A stretch of 63,264 bases of DNA, filler included, from Octopus bimaculoides (GCF_001194135.2; 6 parts of 6 records of this genome joined end to end with filler, not necessarily neighbours in it), one strand, 5' to 3'; numbered from the whole stretch's first letter, positions 37,732 to 51,625 are shown. Numbers and translations are program-made. Notes: a model not told the origin generated them from the sequence alone.

Positions 37732-38761
37732 CTGTGTGGAGTTCACAGCCAAGCGTACTAATTAGCGAGGTCTAGAATAACAAAAAAGGTAGTTAAGATA
37801 TTTTAAGTGCCGAGCAACCCGTTTGGATTTTTTTTTTCTTTCTCTATTTTTTTTCTTCTTTTTTTTTGTGTGTGTGTGTGAGCGTGTGTGTGTGTTATTT
37901 ATTTATTAATTTNNNNNNNNNNNNNNNNNNNNNNNNNNNNNNNNNNNNNNNNNNNNNNNNNNNNNNNNNNNNNNNNNNNNNNNNNNNNNNNNNNNNNNNN
38001 NNNNNNNNNNNNNNNNNNNNNNNNNNNNNNNNNNNNNNNNNNNNNNNNNNNNNNNNNNNNNNNNNNNNNNNNNNNNNNNNNNNNNNNNNNNNNNNNNNNN
38101 NNNNNNNNNNNNNNNNNNNNNNNNNNNNNNNNNNNNNNNNNNNNNNNNNNNNNNNNNNNNNNNNNNNNNNNNNNNNNNNNNNNNNNNNNNNNNNNNNNNN
38201 NNNNNNNNNNNNNNNNNNNNNNNNNNNNNNNNNNNNNNNNNNNNNNNNNNNNNNNNNNNNNNNNNNNNNNNNNNNNNNNNNNNNNNNNNNNNNNNNNNNN
38301 NNNNNNNNNNNNNNNNNNNNNNNNNNNNNNNNNNNNNNNNNNNNNNNNNNNNNNNNNNNNNNNNNNNNNNNNNNNNNNNNNNNNNNNNNNNNNNNNNNNN
38401 NNNNNNNNNNNNNNNNNNNNNNNNNNNNNNNNNNNNNNNNNNNNNNNNNNNNNNNNNNNNNNNNNNNNNNNNNNNNNNNNNNNNNNNNNNNNNNNNNNNN
38501 NNNNNNNNNNNNNNNNNNNNNNNNNNNNNNNNNNNNNNNNNNNNNNNNNNNNNNNNNNNNNNNNNNNNNNNNNNNNNNNNNNNNNNTAGTCGAATCAAAT
38601 CGACCCCAGGACTTATTCTTTGTAAGCCTAGTACTTATTCTATCGGTCTCTTTTTGCCAAACCGCTAAGTTACGGGGACGTAAATACACCACCATCGGTT
38701 GTCAAGCGATGGTGGGGGGACAAACACAGACACACAAACATATATATATATATATACATAT

Positions 38762-38929
38762 ATACGACGGGCTTCTTTCAGTTTCAGTCTACCAAATCCA
38801 CTCACAAGGCTTTGGTCGGCCCAAGGCTATAGTAGAAGATACTTGCCCAAGGTGCCACGCAGTGGGACTGAACCCGGAACCATGTGGTTGGTAAGCAAGC
38901 TACTTACCACACAGCTACTCCTGCGCCTA
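38762..38929 (-). mobile_element. CORE-like SINE, family 3
   Basis: ACCTTGGGCAAGT CORE-like motif on - strand; copies at about 45997-46143(-), 26830-27050(-), 50594-50745(+), 54385-54510(+), 35028-35100(+). Confidence 0.75.
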
Positions 38930-39063
38930 TGATATAAATTTCCTGTTTTAAAGTCATCTAAATTAGATATCAAATTTCAAAATTTATGTTCCACACATCA
39001 CCTTAATTAATAATGACTAAGCTATTTTACTAAATTAATTGAAACGAAGATTTTCGAGCGAGA

Positions 39064-39370
39064 TCATTGCCAGTGCCCCTGGACTGGCTCTTGTGTGGGT
39101 GGCACATAAAATACACCATTTTGAGCATGGCCGTTGCCAGTATCGCCTGACTGGCCTTCGTGCGGGTGACACGTAAAAGCACCCACTACACTCCCTGAGT
39201 GGTTGGCGTTAGGAAGGGCATCCAGCTGTAGAAACTCTTCCAAATCAGATTGGAGCCTGGTGTAGCCATCTGGTTTCACCAGTCCTCAGTCAAATCGTCC
39301 AACCCATGCTAGCATGGAAAGCAGACGTTAAACGACGACGATGAGGATAATGATGATGATGATGATGAAG
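39064..39370 (+). mobile_element. RTE 3'UTR/tail fragment (same family as 54535-55225; further copies at about 57770-57905 and 53330-53530)
   Basis: Reverse-complement match to 54555-54730; (GAT)n tail. Confidence 0.75.
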
Positions 39371-40360
39371 GCAGTGAGTTTCNNNNNNNNNNNNNNNNNN
39401 NNNNNNNNNNNNNNNNNNNNNNNNNNNNNNNNNNNNNNNNNNNNNNNNNNNNNNNNNNNNNNNNNNNNNNNNNNNNNNNNNNNNNNNNNNNNNNNNNNNN
39501 NNNNNNNNNNNNNNNNNNNNNNNNNNNNNNNNNNNNNNNNNNNNNNNNNNNNNNNNNNNNNNNNNNNNNNNNNNNNNNNNNNNNNNNNNNNNNNNNNNNN
39601 NNNNNNNNNNNNNNNNNNNNNNNNNNNNNNNNNNNNNNNNNNNNNNNNNNNNNNNNNNNNNNNNNNNNNNNNNNNNNNNNNNNNNNNNNNNNNNNNNNNN
39701 NNNNNNNNNNNNNNNNNNNNNNNNNNNNNNNNNNNNNNNNNNNNNNNNNNNNNNNNNNNNNNNNNNNNNNNNNNNNNNNNNNNNNNNNNNNNNNNNNNNN
39801 NNNNNNNNNNNNNNNNNNNNNNNNNNNNNNNNNNNNNNNNNNNNNNNNNNNNNNNNNNNNNNNNNNNNNNNNNNNNNNNNNNNNNNNNNNNNNNNNNNNN
39901 NNNNNNNNNNNNNNNNNNNNNNNNNNNNNNNNNNNNNNNNNNNNNNNNNNNNNNNNNNNNNNNNNNNNNNNNNNNNNNNNNNNNNNNNNNNNNNNNNNNN
40001 NNNNNNNNNNNNNNNNNNNNNNNNNNNNNNNNNNNNNNNNNNNNNNNNNNNNNNNNNNNNNNNNNNNNNNNNNNNNNNNNNNNNNNNNNNNNNNNNNNNN
40101 NNNNNNNNNNNNNNNNNNNNNNNNNNNNNNNNNNNNNNNNNNNNNNNNNNNNNNNNNNNNNNNNNNNNNNNNNNNNNNNNNNNNNNNNNNNNNNNNNNNN
40201 NNNNNNNNNNNNNNNNNNNNNNNNNNNNNNNNNNNNNNNNNNNNNNNNNNNNNNNNNNNNNNNNNNNNNNNNNNNNNNNNNNNNNNNNNNNNNNNNNNNN
40301 NNNNNNNNNNNNNNNNNNNNNNNNNNNNNNNNNNNNNNNNNNNNNNNNNNNNNNNNNNNN

Positions 40361-40399
<39 letters not shown>

Positions 40400-41366
40400 C
40401 CTAGTGGTTTGGGTATTGCACTCATGATCGCAAGGTCGTGGTTTCAGTTCTTAGACTGGGTGGTGCATTGTGTTCTTGAGCAAAACACTTCATCTCACAT
40501 AGCTCTGTGACAACGTTGACACCTCACGCATGGCAACAACATCGATTTTATGGGGAGAGTGAGCTAATGTGCAACACATACATTTGACCCCTTTCAATGA
40601 ATTATTGGGGCAGGTCTTTTACCTTAGGGTAAATCCCAGCTGCTTCTTTTTGCTTTTTCTACTATTATAATCCAATATGCAGTCTCAGTTGTAATTCCTA
40701 TTAGCAAATGAAACATATGTAATGGAGAATAAATGAACTATTGAGTGGATGTCCACTGTGTTGGAAGTGTGTGTGTTTGTGAGTGTGTTTAATCACAAGT
40801 ACCCCAGCTTCGGCCCTCACTCCACAAACACCTGGGGATCCGGCAAAGAGTTTGACCAGAACATACACAAATGCACCCACAAATACCAATCTTAAAGATA
40901 CACACATTTCCCATTAACAGTTTTCTGGAAAACTTGTAACACACCCAGAGATGATGCTTTTGGTACCAAGGAACATAACACTTAATTTAATCCTTAATTT
41001 AATCCTTGCTCGGTTCATTCAATCGTCTTTTCCACAGCAATCAGAAACCAGATGTGTCTGTTCACCGCTAACATTAGAGAACAGTCACTATATTTCATTC
41101 CACATTTGTCAACTCTGAAGAGCACAAGGTTACAAAACCGGACTGTTACCTCACACTCCATTCAAACCCTTGTGTAAAACTGCTTGATAAGATCATCCGT
41201 GAAGGATTGAAAATGATGATGATGATGTGTGTGTGTGTGTATATATATATATATACAGTATATTGTATTATATAGTGTATATATATATATAATATATAAT
41301 GTATATATATACATATATTATATAGTATGTGTATCAGCATGGCTGCAGCTCTAAGCTGAAACTATA

Positions 41367-41407
<41 letters not shown>

Positions 41408-41491
41408 TAATTTAGATGATAATATAATACACACACACACACATATATATGCTATATAATATAATATGTATATATATATATATATATACAC

Positions 41492-41536
<45 letters not shown>

Positions 41537-42165
41537 TATAGTGTATATATATATATATATATATATACATATTATATTATATAGCATATATATGTGTGTG
41601 TGTGTGTGTATTATATTATCATCTAAATTAACACACACTCACACAAACACACACATAAAACTGTGTATATTGAGAATGATAATGATGAAAGGGTATACAT
41701 GTATTGTAGTGTTTAGTAATGCTTTTCATGCTTTATATATAGATACATACATAAATACATATATATATATACATATATACATACATAGAAATCCACACAC
41801 ACACTACCACTGTTGCATATGACCAACACTGACCCACTCACAAGCACCACCACCGCCACCACCATTAAGAGCCGTTGTCCAGCAAAGTGGAATATAACTG
41901 GCCATTAAGTGGTGTTACATTGTTACATCAGTGAAGTGATGACCAGTAGTGCAGCTAGTGTGGTCATCTGGTCTAATGTATGGAAGCATGATGGCATCAC
42001 TTCTTCTCAGTGGTTTGACAGTGCCGGTGGAGGGGATGGGGGCAACAAATGTGTGTATAGGGCTTTCCTATAAGTCGGTTATCTCCCTTGGCTAGGCGGC
42101 GCTCCATGTAGATAATTAAACTTCCGGAGGCTACCCACGCCATTGTTATTGTTTTACGTCTTATC

Positions 42166-42378
42166 ATGGATGTAAAGCAGCTTGATGATTCAGCTATCGA
42201 AGTACTTACTGTGCCTGAGTGAAAGAAATATTTAGGATTATATGGACAGTATGTTACTGGAAGAAAGGCGGACTTGACTGAAAGGTTGAAAGGAATAAAA
42301 ATTCTGTCGATGAAGAATGTCAACAAAGTAAATTCATCGGACGATAAGTCTGAAGTATCGGACGATACTTCAGACAGG
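42166..42378 (+). pseudogene. SAP-domain ORF start with in-frame TGA, probably transposon-derived
   Basis: MDVKQLDDSAIEVLTVPE*KKYLGLYGQYVTGRKADLTERLKG fits SAP consensus LTVxELKxxLxxxGLxxxGxKxDLIxRL; runs into gap. Confidence 0.7.
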
Positions 42379-43278
42379 NNNNNNNNNNNNNNNNNNNNNN
42401 NNNNNNNNNNNNNNNNNNNNNNNNNNNNNNNNNNNNNNNNNNNNNNNNNNNNNNNNNNNNNNNNNNNNNNNNNNNNNNNNNNNNNNNNNNNNNNNNNNNN
42501 NNNNNNNNNNNNNNNNNNNNNNNNNNNNNNNNNNNNNNNNNNNNNNNNNNNNNNNNNNNNNNNNNNNNNNNNNNNNNNNNNNNNNNNNNNNNNNNNNNNN
42601 NNNNNNNNNNNNNNNNNNNNNNNNNNNNNNNNNNNNNNNNNNNNNNNNNNNNNNNNNNNNNNNNNNNNNNNNNNNNNNNNNNNNNNNNNNNNNNNNNNNN
42701 NNNNNNNNNNNNNNNNNNNNNNNNNNNNNNNNNNNNNNNNNNNNNNNNNNNNNNNNNNNNNNNNNNNNNNNNNNNNNNNNNNNNNNNNNNNNNNNNNNNN
42801 NNNNNNNNNNNNNNNNNNNNNNNNNNNNNNNNNNNNNNNNNNNNNNNNNNNNNNNNNNNNNNNNNNNNNNNNNNNNNNNNNNNNNNNNNNNNNNNNNNNN
42901 NNNNNNNNNNNNNNNNNNNNNNNNNNNNNNNNNNNNNNNNNNNNNNNNNNNNNNNNNNNNNNNNNNNNNNNNNNNNNNNNNNNNNNNNNNNNNNNNNNNN
43001 NNNNNNNNNNNNNNNNNNNNNNNNNNNNNNNNNNNNNNNNNNNNNNNNNNNNNNNNNNNNNNNNNNNNNNNNNNNNNNNNNNNNNNNNNNNNNNNNNNNN
43101 NNNNNNNNNNNNNNNNNNNNNNNNNNNNNNNNNNNNNNNNNNNNNNNNNNNNNNNNNNNNNNNNNNNNNNNNNNNNNNNNNNNNNNNNNNNNNNNNNNNN
43201 NNNNNNNNNNNNNNNNNNNNNNNNNNNNNNNNNNNNNNNNNNNNNNNNNNNNNNNNNNNNNNNNNNNNNNNNNNNNNN

Positions 43279-43311
<33 letters not shown>

Positions 43312-43504
43312 CTGTTTGTCCCCCCACCATTGCTTGACAACCGATGGTGGTGTGTTTACGTCCCCGTAACTTAGCAGTTCGGCAAAAAATCCCGATAGAA
43401 TAAGTACTAGGCTTCCAAAGAATAAGTCCTGAGGTCGATTTGCTTGACTAAAGGCGGTGCTCCAGCATGGCCGCAGTCAAATGACTGAAACAAGTAAAAG
43501 AGAG

Positions 43505-43506
<2 letters not shown>

Positions 43507-43541
<35 letters not shown>

Positions 43542-43720
43542 GGAGAGAGAGAGAGAGAGAGAGAAAGAGGGAGAGAGAGAGAGAAAGAGAGAAAGGGAGA
43601 GAGAGAGAGAGAAAGAGAGAAAGGGAAAGAGAGAGAGAAAGAGATAGAGAGAGAGAGAAAGAGAGAGAGAGAGAAAGAGAGAGAGAGATAGATATAGAGA
43701 AAGAAAGAGAGAGAGAGAGA
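43507..43720. repeat. (AG)n microsatellite
   Basis: Direct inspection. Confidence 0.95.
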
Positions 43721-43961
43721 AGGTACATGGCTGAGTGGTTAAGGCATTCAGCTCACAATTGTAAGGTCATGAGTTCAATTCCTGGTGACATGTTGCGTCC
43801 TTGAGCAAGACACTCATGTTACTCCTTTCCACTCAGCTGGTAAAAATGAGTCGTACTTGTATTTCAAAGGGCCAGCCCTGTCACACTGCATGTCACGCTG
43901 AAACTTCCTAAGAACTAAGTTAAGGGAACATGCGTCTGTGGAGTGCTCAACAACTTACATG

Positions 43962-44005
<44 letters not shown>

Positions 44006-45096
44006 TATATATATATATANNNNNNNNNNNNNNNNNNNNNNNNNNNNNNNNNNNNNNNNNNNNNNNNNNNNNNNNNNNNNNNNNNNNNNNNNNNNNNNNN
44101 NNNNNNNNNNNNNNNNNNNNNNNNNNNNNNNNNNNNNNNNNNNNNNNNNNNNNNNNNNNNNNNNNNNNNNNNNNNNNNNNNNNNNNNNNNNNNNNNNNNN
44201 NNNNNNNNNNNNNNNNNNNNNNNNNNNNNNNNNNNNNNNNNNNNNNNNNNNNNNNNNNNNNNNNNNNNNNNNNNNNNNNNNNNNNNNNNNNNNNNNNNNN
44301 NNNNNNNNNNNNNNNNNNNNNNNNNNNNNNNNNNNNNNNNNNNNNNNNNNNNNNNNNNNNNNNNNNNNNNNNNNNNNNNNNNNNNNNNNNNNNNNNNNNN
44401 NNNNNNNNNNNNNNNNNNNNNNNNNNNNNNNNNNNNNNNNNNNNNNNNNNNNNNNNNNNNNNNNNNNNNNNNNNNNNNNNNGTTTCAAGCAACTCCATTT
44501 AATTGAACAATGCGATCATTACATCAATTTAAATGCAGAGCAATCCTCAGCTCGATGAAGACATAGAATTCAATTAAATTAAAACCGATGGACACATTAG
44601 CATAAATTTACCTAAAATCTCCAAGAAGGTAAGGAGATAGACAAAGAACATGCTTTCTTCAATTAAGCATAGAAGCTCCTAAGGTATCAGGAAGAAAGAT
44701 TTGTTGCAGATTTTGCTTGTCACTGTTTTATGGGGTCAGTTTTAATTTATAGACTAGTTTTATCAAATCTTTGTATACCTAAGGTGGAGAGAACAAGGAG
44801 AGTGTCTGTTAGGAATGCGGCTGAGGGAGTCGACAGAAATCAGTGGGTATAGTCATAAAAAAACTATACCTACTGGATGTGTGCCTATGTATTTATAACC
44901 AAGTGCTTACTATTGCATGGCAATATCACAATTGAGTGTTAGGTTTGGGTGGGGGTAAATTAGAAATTTACAGAGGATTTATAAGGCAAATAAGAAAATG
45001 GAGAAGATATACAATTGACAAACATCAGCCAGTAAACATTGAATTATATCTGTTTACTAAATGATTACAAACATGTGTGAGTGATACAAATTAACA

Positions 45097-45462
45097 GTGG
45101 AGGCGCAATGGCCCAGTGGTTAGGGCAGCAGACTCGCGGTCATAGGATCGCGGTTTCGATTCCCAGACCGGGCGTTGTGAGTGTTTATTGAGTGAAAACA
45201 CCTAAAGCACCACGAGGCTCCAGCAGGGGATGGTGGTGAACCCTGCTGTACTCTTCCACCACTACTTTCTCTCACTCTTTCTTCCCGTTTCTGTTGTGCC
45301 TGTAATTTTCAAAGGGTCAGCCTTGTCACACTCTGTGTCACGCTGAAGATCCCCGAGAACTACGTTAAGGGTACACGTGTCTGTGGAGTGCTCAGACACT
45401 TGCACGTTAATTTCACGAGCAGGCTGTTCTGTTGATCGGATCAACTGGAACCCTCGACGTCG
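45097..45462 (+). mobile_element. SINE family 2 copy
   Basis: High identity to 31834-32175. Confidence 0.85.
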
Positions 45463-46220
45463 TGCTAATGTTTCTCCCAGCTCGCTACCTTTCAATTACA
45501 TTCTTCGTGCTCTGCTCATAGTAGAGGGTCGTTTGGGTTTCAAGCTTTTGGATTAGGGGATACAAATGCAAAAATGTTGGGACCCACTGCTCTGAGCATT
45601 TTGCCTGGCTTACTAATGACTGCTTGCTCACCACCTTAAGTAGATTTTTCTAATAATGGTTTCAGATTTTGACACAAGGCCAGTAATTTTGGCGGAGGGG
45701 TAAGTTGATTACACTGACCCCAGTGTTTGACTGGTACTAATTTTATTGACCCCACCAAAAAGAGGAGAGGCAAAGTCAACCTCGGTAGAATTTGAACTCA
45801 GAACGTGAAGATTGGACGACATGCTGATGAGCATTCTGCCCAGCATGGTAACGATTCAGCCAATAATAATCTTAGTTGCTCAACCAATCAAGTGGTGTGT
45901 TAGTTGTTGAGTCTTACTACAATGTGTGTGTGTTTGTATGTATGTGTGTGTGTGAGTATGTATGTGTTTGTGTGTGTGTCTATGTATGTGTGTTTGTTTG
46001 TTTCAGTTTCCATCTACCAAATCCACTTACATGGTTTTGGTCGGCCTGAGGCTATAGAATAAGACACCTGTCCAAGGTGCCACGCAGTGGGACTGAACCC
46101 GGAACCATGTGGTTGGAAAGCTAACTTCTTACCACACAGCCACTGTATTTTTTATATATCAATTAGTGAAAGAAATTATTAAAGAGTAAAAATATAAAGA
46201 GAAACTATATCTGTTCGCTG

Positions 46221-46252
<32 letters not shown>

Positions 46253-46595
46253 CTGGTCTCCCAGCATGACACTGACCAGATGACCAATTAGTCTTTGATA
46301 CACATTCTTGCCGAATCAGTGAACTGAAGCAATGTCATATAAAGTATCTGGCCCAAGGACAAAGTGTGTCTCTTGGTGCAAGAATAGAACCTGTAACCTT
46401 NNNNNNNNNNNNNNNNNNNNNNNNNNNNNNNNNNNNNNNNNNNNTTAATTAATTAANNNNNNNNNNNNNNNNNNNNNNNNNNNNNNNNNNNNNNNNNNNN
46501 ATTTTTAACCTCGTATATAGTACGCACTAGGAATTTTGACCTTTAAATTTTGGGAAAAAATGCGGATTACACTCGAGGATTTACGGTATATATAC

Positions 46596-46628
<33 letters not shown>

Positions 46629-47319
46629 TACACGTACATACATAATTATGAGTTGCTATTTCGAACGAGGCAGCACGATAGTTAAACTTAGAACCATATA
46701 TAACCATGTACGATCAACTTCAAAAGAGGTATTAAAATTAATCCGTCAGGTTGTCGTTTGGCATTATATACATTTGAATAGATTATAGAGAGTATATCCA
46801 TGAGTAGATTTGGTTAGGAGAATTAATTATTATAACATCACCAATTACATAGCTTTCGCACGTGTTTCTCTTGCGTTTACTTGCATGCTATGCAGTAATC
46901 GTTTCATAGACACTTGCGTAATCAACTTATACCACTAGTTCTCAGGTTGGATCTCTAGGATCCACGCTAGGAAACAACAATGAATTAAATTAATCTTTTT
47001 TTCTTCTGATGATTTGGCATTATAAAGTGATTATGCAACCATCTATGTAACGATTACAGACTTCTATACAAGTATATGCTTGTGAAACACATGTAAATAT
47101 TATGCGATCCATGATATGATGAAAAGAATTATAAGAGAATCTCCAGTTTTATTCTACTTTTATGTATACATACATACATACATAGACACATAATGCATAC
47201 ATACACACACACACACACACATGCACACACACACACACACACACACACACNNNNNNNNNNNNNNNNNNNNNNNNNNNNNNNNNNNNNNNNNNNNNNNNNN
47301 NNNNNNNNNNNNNNNNNNN

Positions 47320-47351
<32 letters not shown>

Positions 47352-47352
<1 letters not shown>

Positions 47353-48679
47353 GGGGTTATCCCATAAATAATGCGTTTTTTATACTTCTTTTATTTTATC
47401 AAAATTAAGATAAGCAAAGTTATTTTTTAATCTAAAATATACTCTCTTTCATTTTTTACAATGCTCTTGTAAGGGCCCTCTTCCAAAATTCACTTGTTCG
47501 TGACAAAAAACACTCCTCCAGTACTGTTCTGACTTCGTCTACAGAATTCATATTGTATCCGTCCAAATGATTTTTAAGACTATGGAATAAATGATAATCA
47601 GATGGAGTAAAGTCCAGCGAATATGATGGGTGGGGCATCGATTCCCACTCAAACTGCTCCACCGTTTGGAATATCATCCTCGCTGTATGTGGTCAAGCAT
47701 AGTCCGAACACTGAAAGCAAATACGGTCGTTTTTCTTCTAGCGCTCACTTAAGCTGCTAAAGTTGCTCAAGTTGCTCAAGCTGCTCACATTTGTTATCGT
47801 TCGGTTTGGGTTTAAAAGTTCAAAGTGGACTAAACCTTTCATATCCCACAAAACAGATAACTGGACTAAACCTTTCATATCCCACAAAACAGATAACTGG
47901 ACTAAACCTTTCATATCCCACTAAACAGATAACAACACCTTACGTGGGTGAAGACCTTCTTTAGCTTGGGTTGCGGTTGTTTCTCCTTTCCCTACCCACT
48001 GTCTTCGGCGCTTGACATTTTTATAGAGAACCCATTTCTCGTCATCAGTCACTATTCGGTCTAAAAAAAGGTTCACTCGTGAGACGTGACAGCAAAGAAG
48101 AGCACACACTCACTCTCTGCGCATGATTAGGCTCGGAAAGTTAATGAGGAATCAATTGACCCAATTTGCTGACTTCCGATGGTACGCAGTGTTTATGAAT
48201 GGTTGAATGACCAAACCCAAGGTTCTCTGCTAGTTTCTCAACGGTTAAAATGGGATTTTGTTCCACCAGGGTTTGCAGAACGTCCACGTCGAGCTCTACA
48301 GATCTTCCAGAATGAGGTTCATCTTCTAGGCTGTAGTTTCTGGCTCGGAATTTCTGGAACCACCATTGACAGTGGCTTACGCTTATTGTTGCATCCTCAT
48401 ATATTGTATTAATATTCTTCGTACTTTCCGTTGCGTTGTTACCTTTATTGAACTCATAAAACAAAATATGCCGAATATGCTTCTTTGTCACTTCCATTAT
48501 AGCTTTGAAGAAATAATTGTTAAAATCGAAGTACACTCTTCAAAGCTTGCACTAAGAATAAGGACAATATAAAATTACTATCTGCTTTTATAACAAGTTG
48601 ATGCAGGTAGTTTATCACGTCCCCTTCCGACTTTTAGTTCATGCAACTGAAAAAACCGCATTATTTATGAGATGACCCA
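47352..48679 (-). mobile_element. Full-length decayed mariner (about 1.33 kb) with TIRs and TA flanks
   Basis: About 30-bp imperfect TIRs (TGGGGTTATCCCATAAATAATGCG.. / ..CGCATTATTTATGAGATGACCCA), TA at both ends. Transposase fragments: MEVTKKHIRHILFYEF, QLIPH, RIVTDDEKW, HPSYSLDFTPSDYHLF, with stops and frameshifts. Confidence 0.92.
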
Positions 48680-48729
48680 TAAATTATCCACACTTTCGCT
48701 ATAACATATCTTTATTTTTGCCACACTGC

Positions 48730-49610
48730 CTTCTGAGCATGCGTGCTTATAGTTGGTACTATTGCGGTCACGTGATCGTAGATTCTGGTCTTACGGTGTA
48801 AGTATGGCCGCTCCACTAGCAATGTGCACCAAAAAAGAACAAAGAGCAGTGATCCAATTTCTCTGGTCGGAAGCTGTGTCAAGTGTTGAAATTCATCGGA
48901 GGCTTTTAGCGAATTGCTGGCTTCAGTTCGTTGGCTAGCAAAGCGCTGTATTTTGCACTGTTGATCGTACACCCCTTTTCTAGGTAGTCTTCCAGTATAG
49001 GCCCTTTTCAGTCCCAAAAATGGGAAGACTGAGTCTTGAATTTCTTCGTCGCTGGCGAACCAGGATGTATCCAATCCATAGTCTTTTGGATTCTGCCTCA
49101 TAATGATGGACCCACGTTTCATCTCCTGTAACTGTTCTACTAAAATATTCCTCGCCCTTATACTTGTAGCGATCGAGTATTGTTGACAGGCTTCAAGACG
49201 TTTGCGCTTGTGCCCTGCGGTAAACTCTCTTGGCACCCATCCTGCATAGACTTTATGGAAGCCGAACTCATAGTGGATGACTAATCTGCAGAGAACGACC
49301 TACCCCATTGATGATAACTCGCCGGTTCACCATCACCGTTTCTCGAGATTGCTGAAGCTTCTCGTCAGTGGTGGAGGTTGATGGGTGCCCTGTTCCCTCT
49401 TCATGCGTCACGCTTGTCCTGTCAATTTTAAACTTCTCGATCCACTCATACTCACTTCTACTTAGTAGTGCACTGTCCCCGTATTGTGTTAAAAGCCTCT
49501 GATGAAATTCAACACCTGACACAGTTTCCGACCAGATAAATCGGATCATTGCTCTTTGTTCTTCTTTGGTGCACATAGCCAGTGGAGCGGCCACGCTTAC
49601 ACTGTGTGTG
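48730..49610 (-). mobile_element. Second mariner family: truncated transposase on - strand plus an inverted copy of its 5' end on + strand
   Basis: MAAPLAMCTKEEQRAMIRF..., VPREFTAGHKRKRLEACQQ on - strand; MAAPLAMCTKKEQRAVIQFLWSE on + strand at about 48800-48910. Confidence 0.85.
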
Positions 49611-50304
49611 TATGTTTACCTATATGTATATATATATATATATNNNNNNNNNNNNNNNNNNNNNNNNNNNNNNNNNNNNNNNNNNNNTTAATTAATTAAN
49701 NNNNNNNNNNNNNNNNNNNNNNNNNNNNNNNNNNNNNNNNNNNCAGGGTAACTTTCTAGGTGCAATCCCATGGTCATTCCATGACTGAAGGGGGTCTCTA
49801 CCCTTTATCCTTTGCCCTATACATATAATGGTGTGGAGAGGGGAGACTGGTATGCATGGCTGACTCCTTGTCTTCCACAAACAACCTTGGCCAGACTTGT
49901 GCCTTGGAGGGTAACTTTGTAGGTGCAATCCCATGGTCATTCATAGCTGAAGGAAGTACACATATATCTATGCGTGTGTTGTTTAAATTAGGCTGCACCT
50001 AATAAGTCTATGTCTTGTATCCAATCAAACATAATAAATTTAACCTAAGTCATGGCTTATATAAGTGACATGTCCGTCCGTCTGCATGTCTGTATTTCCT
50101 TTAGTGAACACACAGAATCATTTTCACACACATGCACAACGACACACACACACACAATCACACACACGCACAATCACACATGAAGGCATACACAAACACA
50201 TTTACACTTGCTTCTATAAATACAACTAAGCTTAACTCTATATACTCGTGATACACACATACATACATACACAGGAAAGCATACTTACATTTAAATAAAT
50301 ACAT

Positions 50305-50341
<37 letters not shown>

Positions 50342-50349
50342 CAAAACAG

Positions 50350-50386
<37 letters not shown>

Positions 50387-51181
50387 TACAGACTTGTACA
50401 AATACATTTATAGCAATTTACTCTTTATCATACATACATGTTTATATACATATATATACATATATACATACATACACACACACACACATACACGCATACA
50501 CGCACACACGCACACACATCTTTACAAACAGAATTCAGATCTCCCCTTTCACCCACTTCCTGCACACTGATGGACATAGCTACACATGTGGGTGCAGCCG
50601 TGGTTGTGTTGTTAAGAAGCTTGCTTCATAACCATTATGTTTCCTGGGTTCAATTCCACTGTGTGACACCTTGCTCTAGTGTCTTCCTCTATGACTCTGA
50701 GCTCATCAATGCCTTGTGAGTGGATTTGGTATACAGAAACCGAAAAAGCCCCAGAACCATGTGGTTGAGAAGCAAGCTACTTACCACACAGCCACTGCTG
50801 TGCCTATATATATATTTGTTCCTAAACTTGCCTTCTTGGTTCATGCTTTGGATGACCACTAATATTATTATATTGTTATTTACTGGTCAATACCTCTGTC
50901 CACTCAGCTGGCCAAAATGAGTAATCCTGTGACAGACCAGCATCCTGTCCAGGTGAGAAATTTCTATGCCACGAAACTGTCAACCCGGCCTTTATGTGTC
51001 CACATGGCTCGAGAAGGTAACTTGACCTTTACTTTACTAGATCCCTTACAGACAAGCTCAGATTGAAGAATCTATCTTGTGATTCTTCTCTATGACATTC
51101 TAATCTTACGTCCATAGTGCTGGTGCTGCAGACCTCACATTACATATATATATATATATAATTCTCTTTTATATATTTCAG

Positions 51182-51382
51182 CTTGTTGGTGCTGGTATGA
51201 TTGGCATTGGAACCTGGGCATATATAGAGAAGAACAGTTTCAACCAGACACAAATTGAAACTATCTACGATGCCTTTTTTGATATTTCACTCATCTTTAT
51301 CGTCATTGGAATAATTATCTTTATCTTAGGTTTTACCGGATATATTGGTGCTTTGAGGGAAAATATCTGTCTCTTGAAATGT
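51182..51382 (+). CDS. Tetraspanin exon (TM1 end, SEL, TM2): LVGAGMIGIGTWAYIEKNSFNQTQIETIYDAFFDISLIFIVIGIIIFILGFTGYIGALRENICLLKC
   Basis: tttcag acceptor, gtaagt donor, 201 nt phase 0; GxIGALREN-CLLK tetraspanin motif. Confidence 0.95.
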
Positions 51383-51574
51383 GTAAGTGTTTTCTCATGC
51401 CTTTCATTTTTTGGGAGGGTGGTGGGGTTTCATCTATTATCCTCCTTTTCAAAGTCACTGTCAACAACACCCTTGTATAAGAATAATAAATTTGTACTCT
51501 ACAAAAGTATGGAATAACCTATCAGATTAATGTGAAATTGTTTTTATTATAACAGAACATAAAAACAAGCACTA

Positions 51575-51625
<51 letters not shown>

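Noticed and set aside
37866-44558. 200-447 aa ORFs in the track
   Set aside because: Length comes from N gaps.
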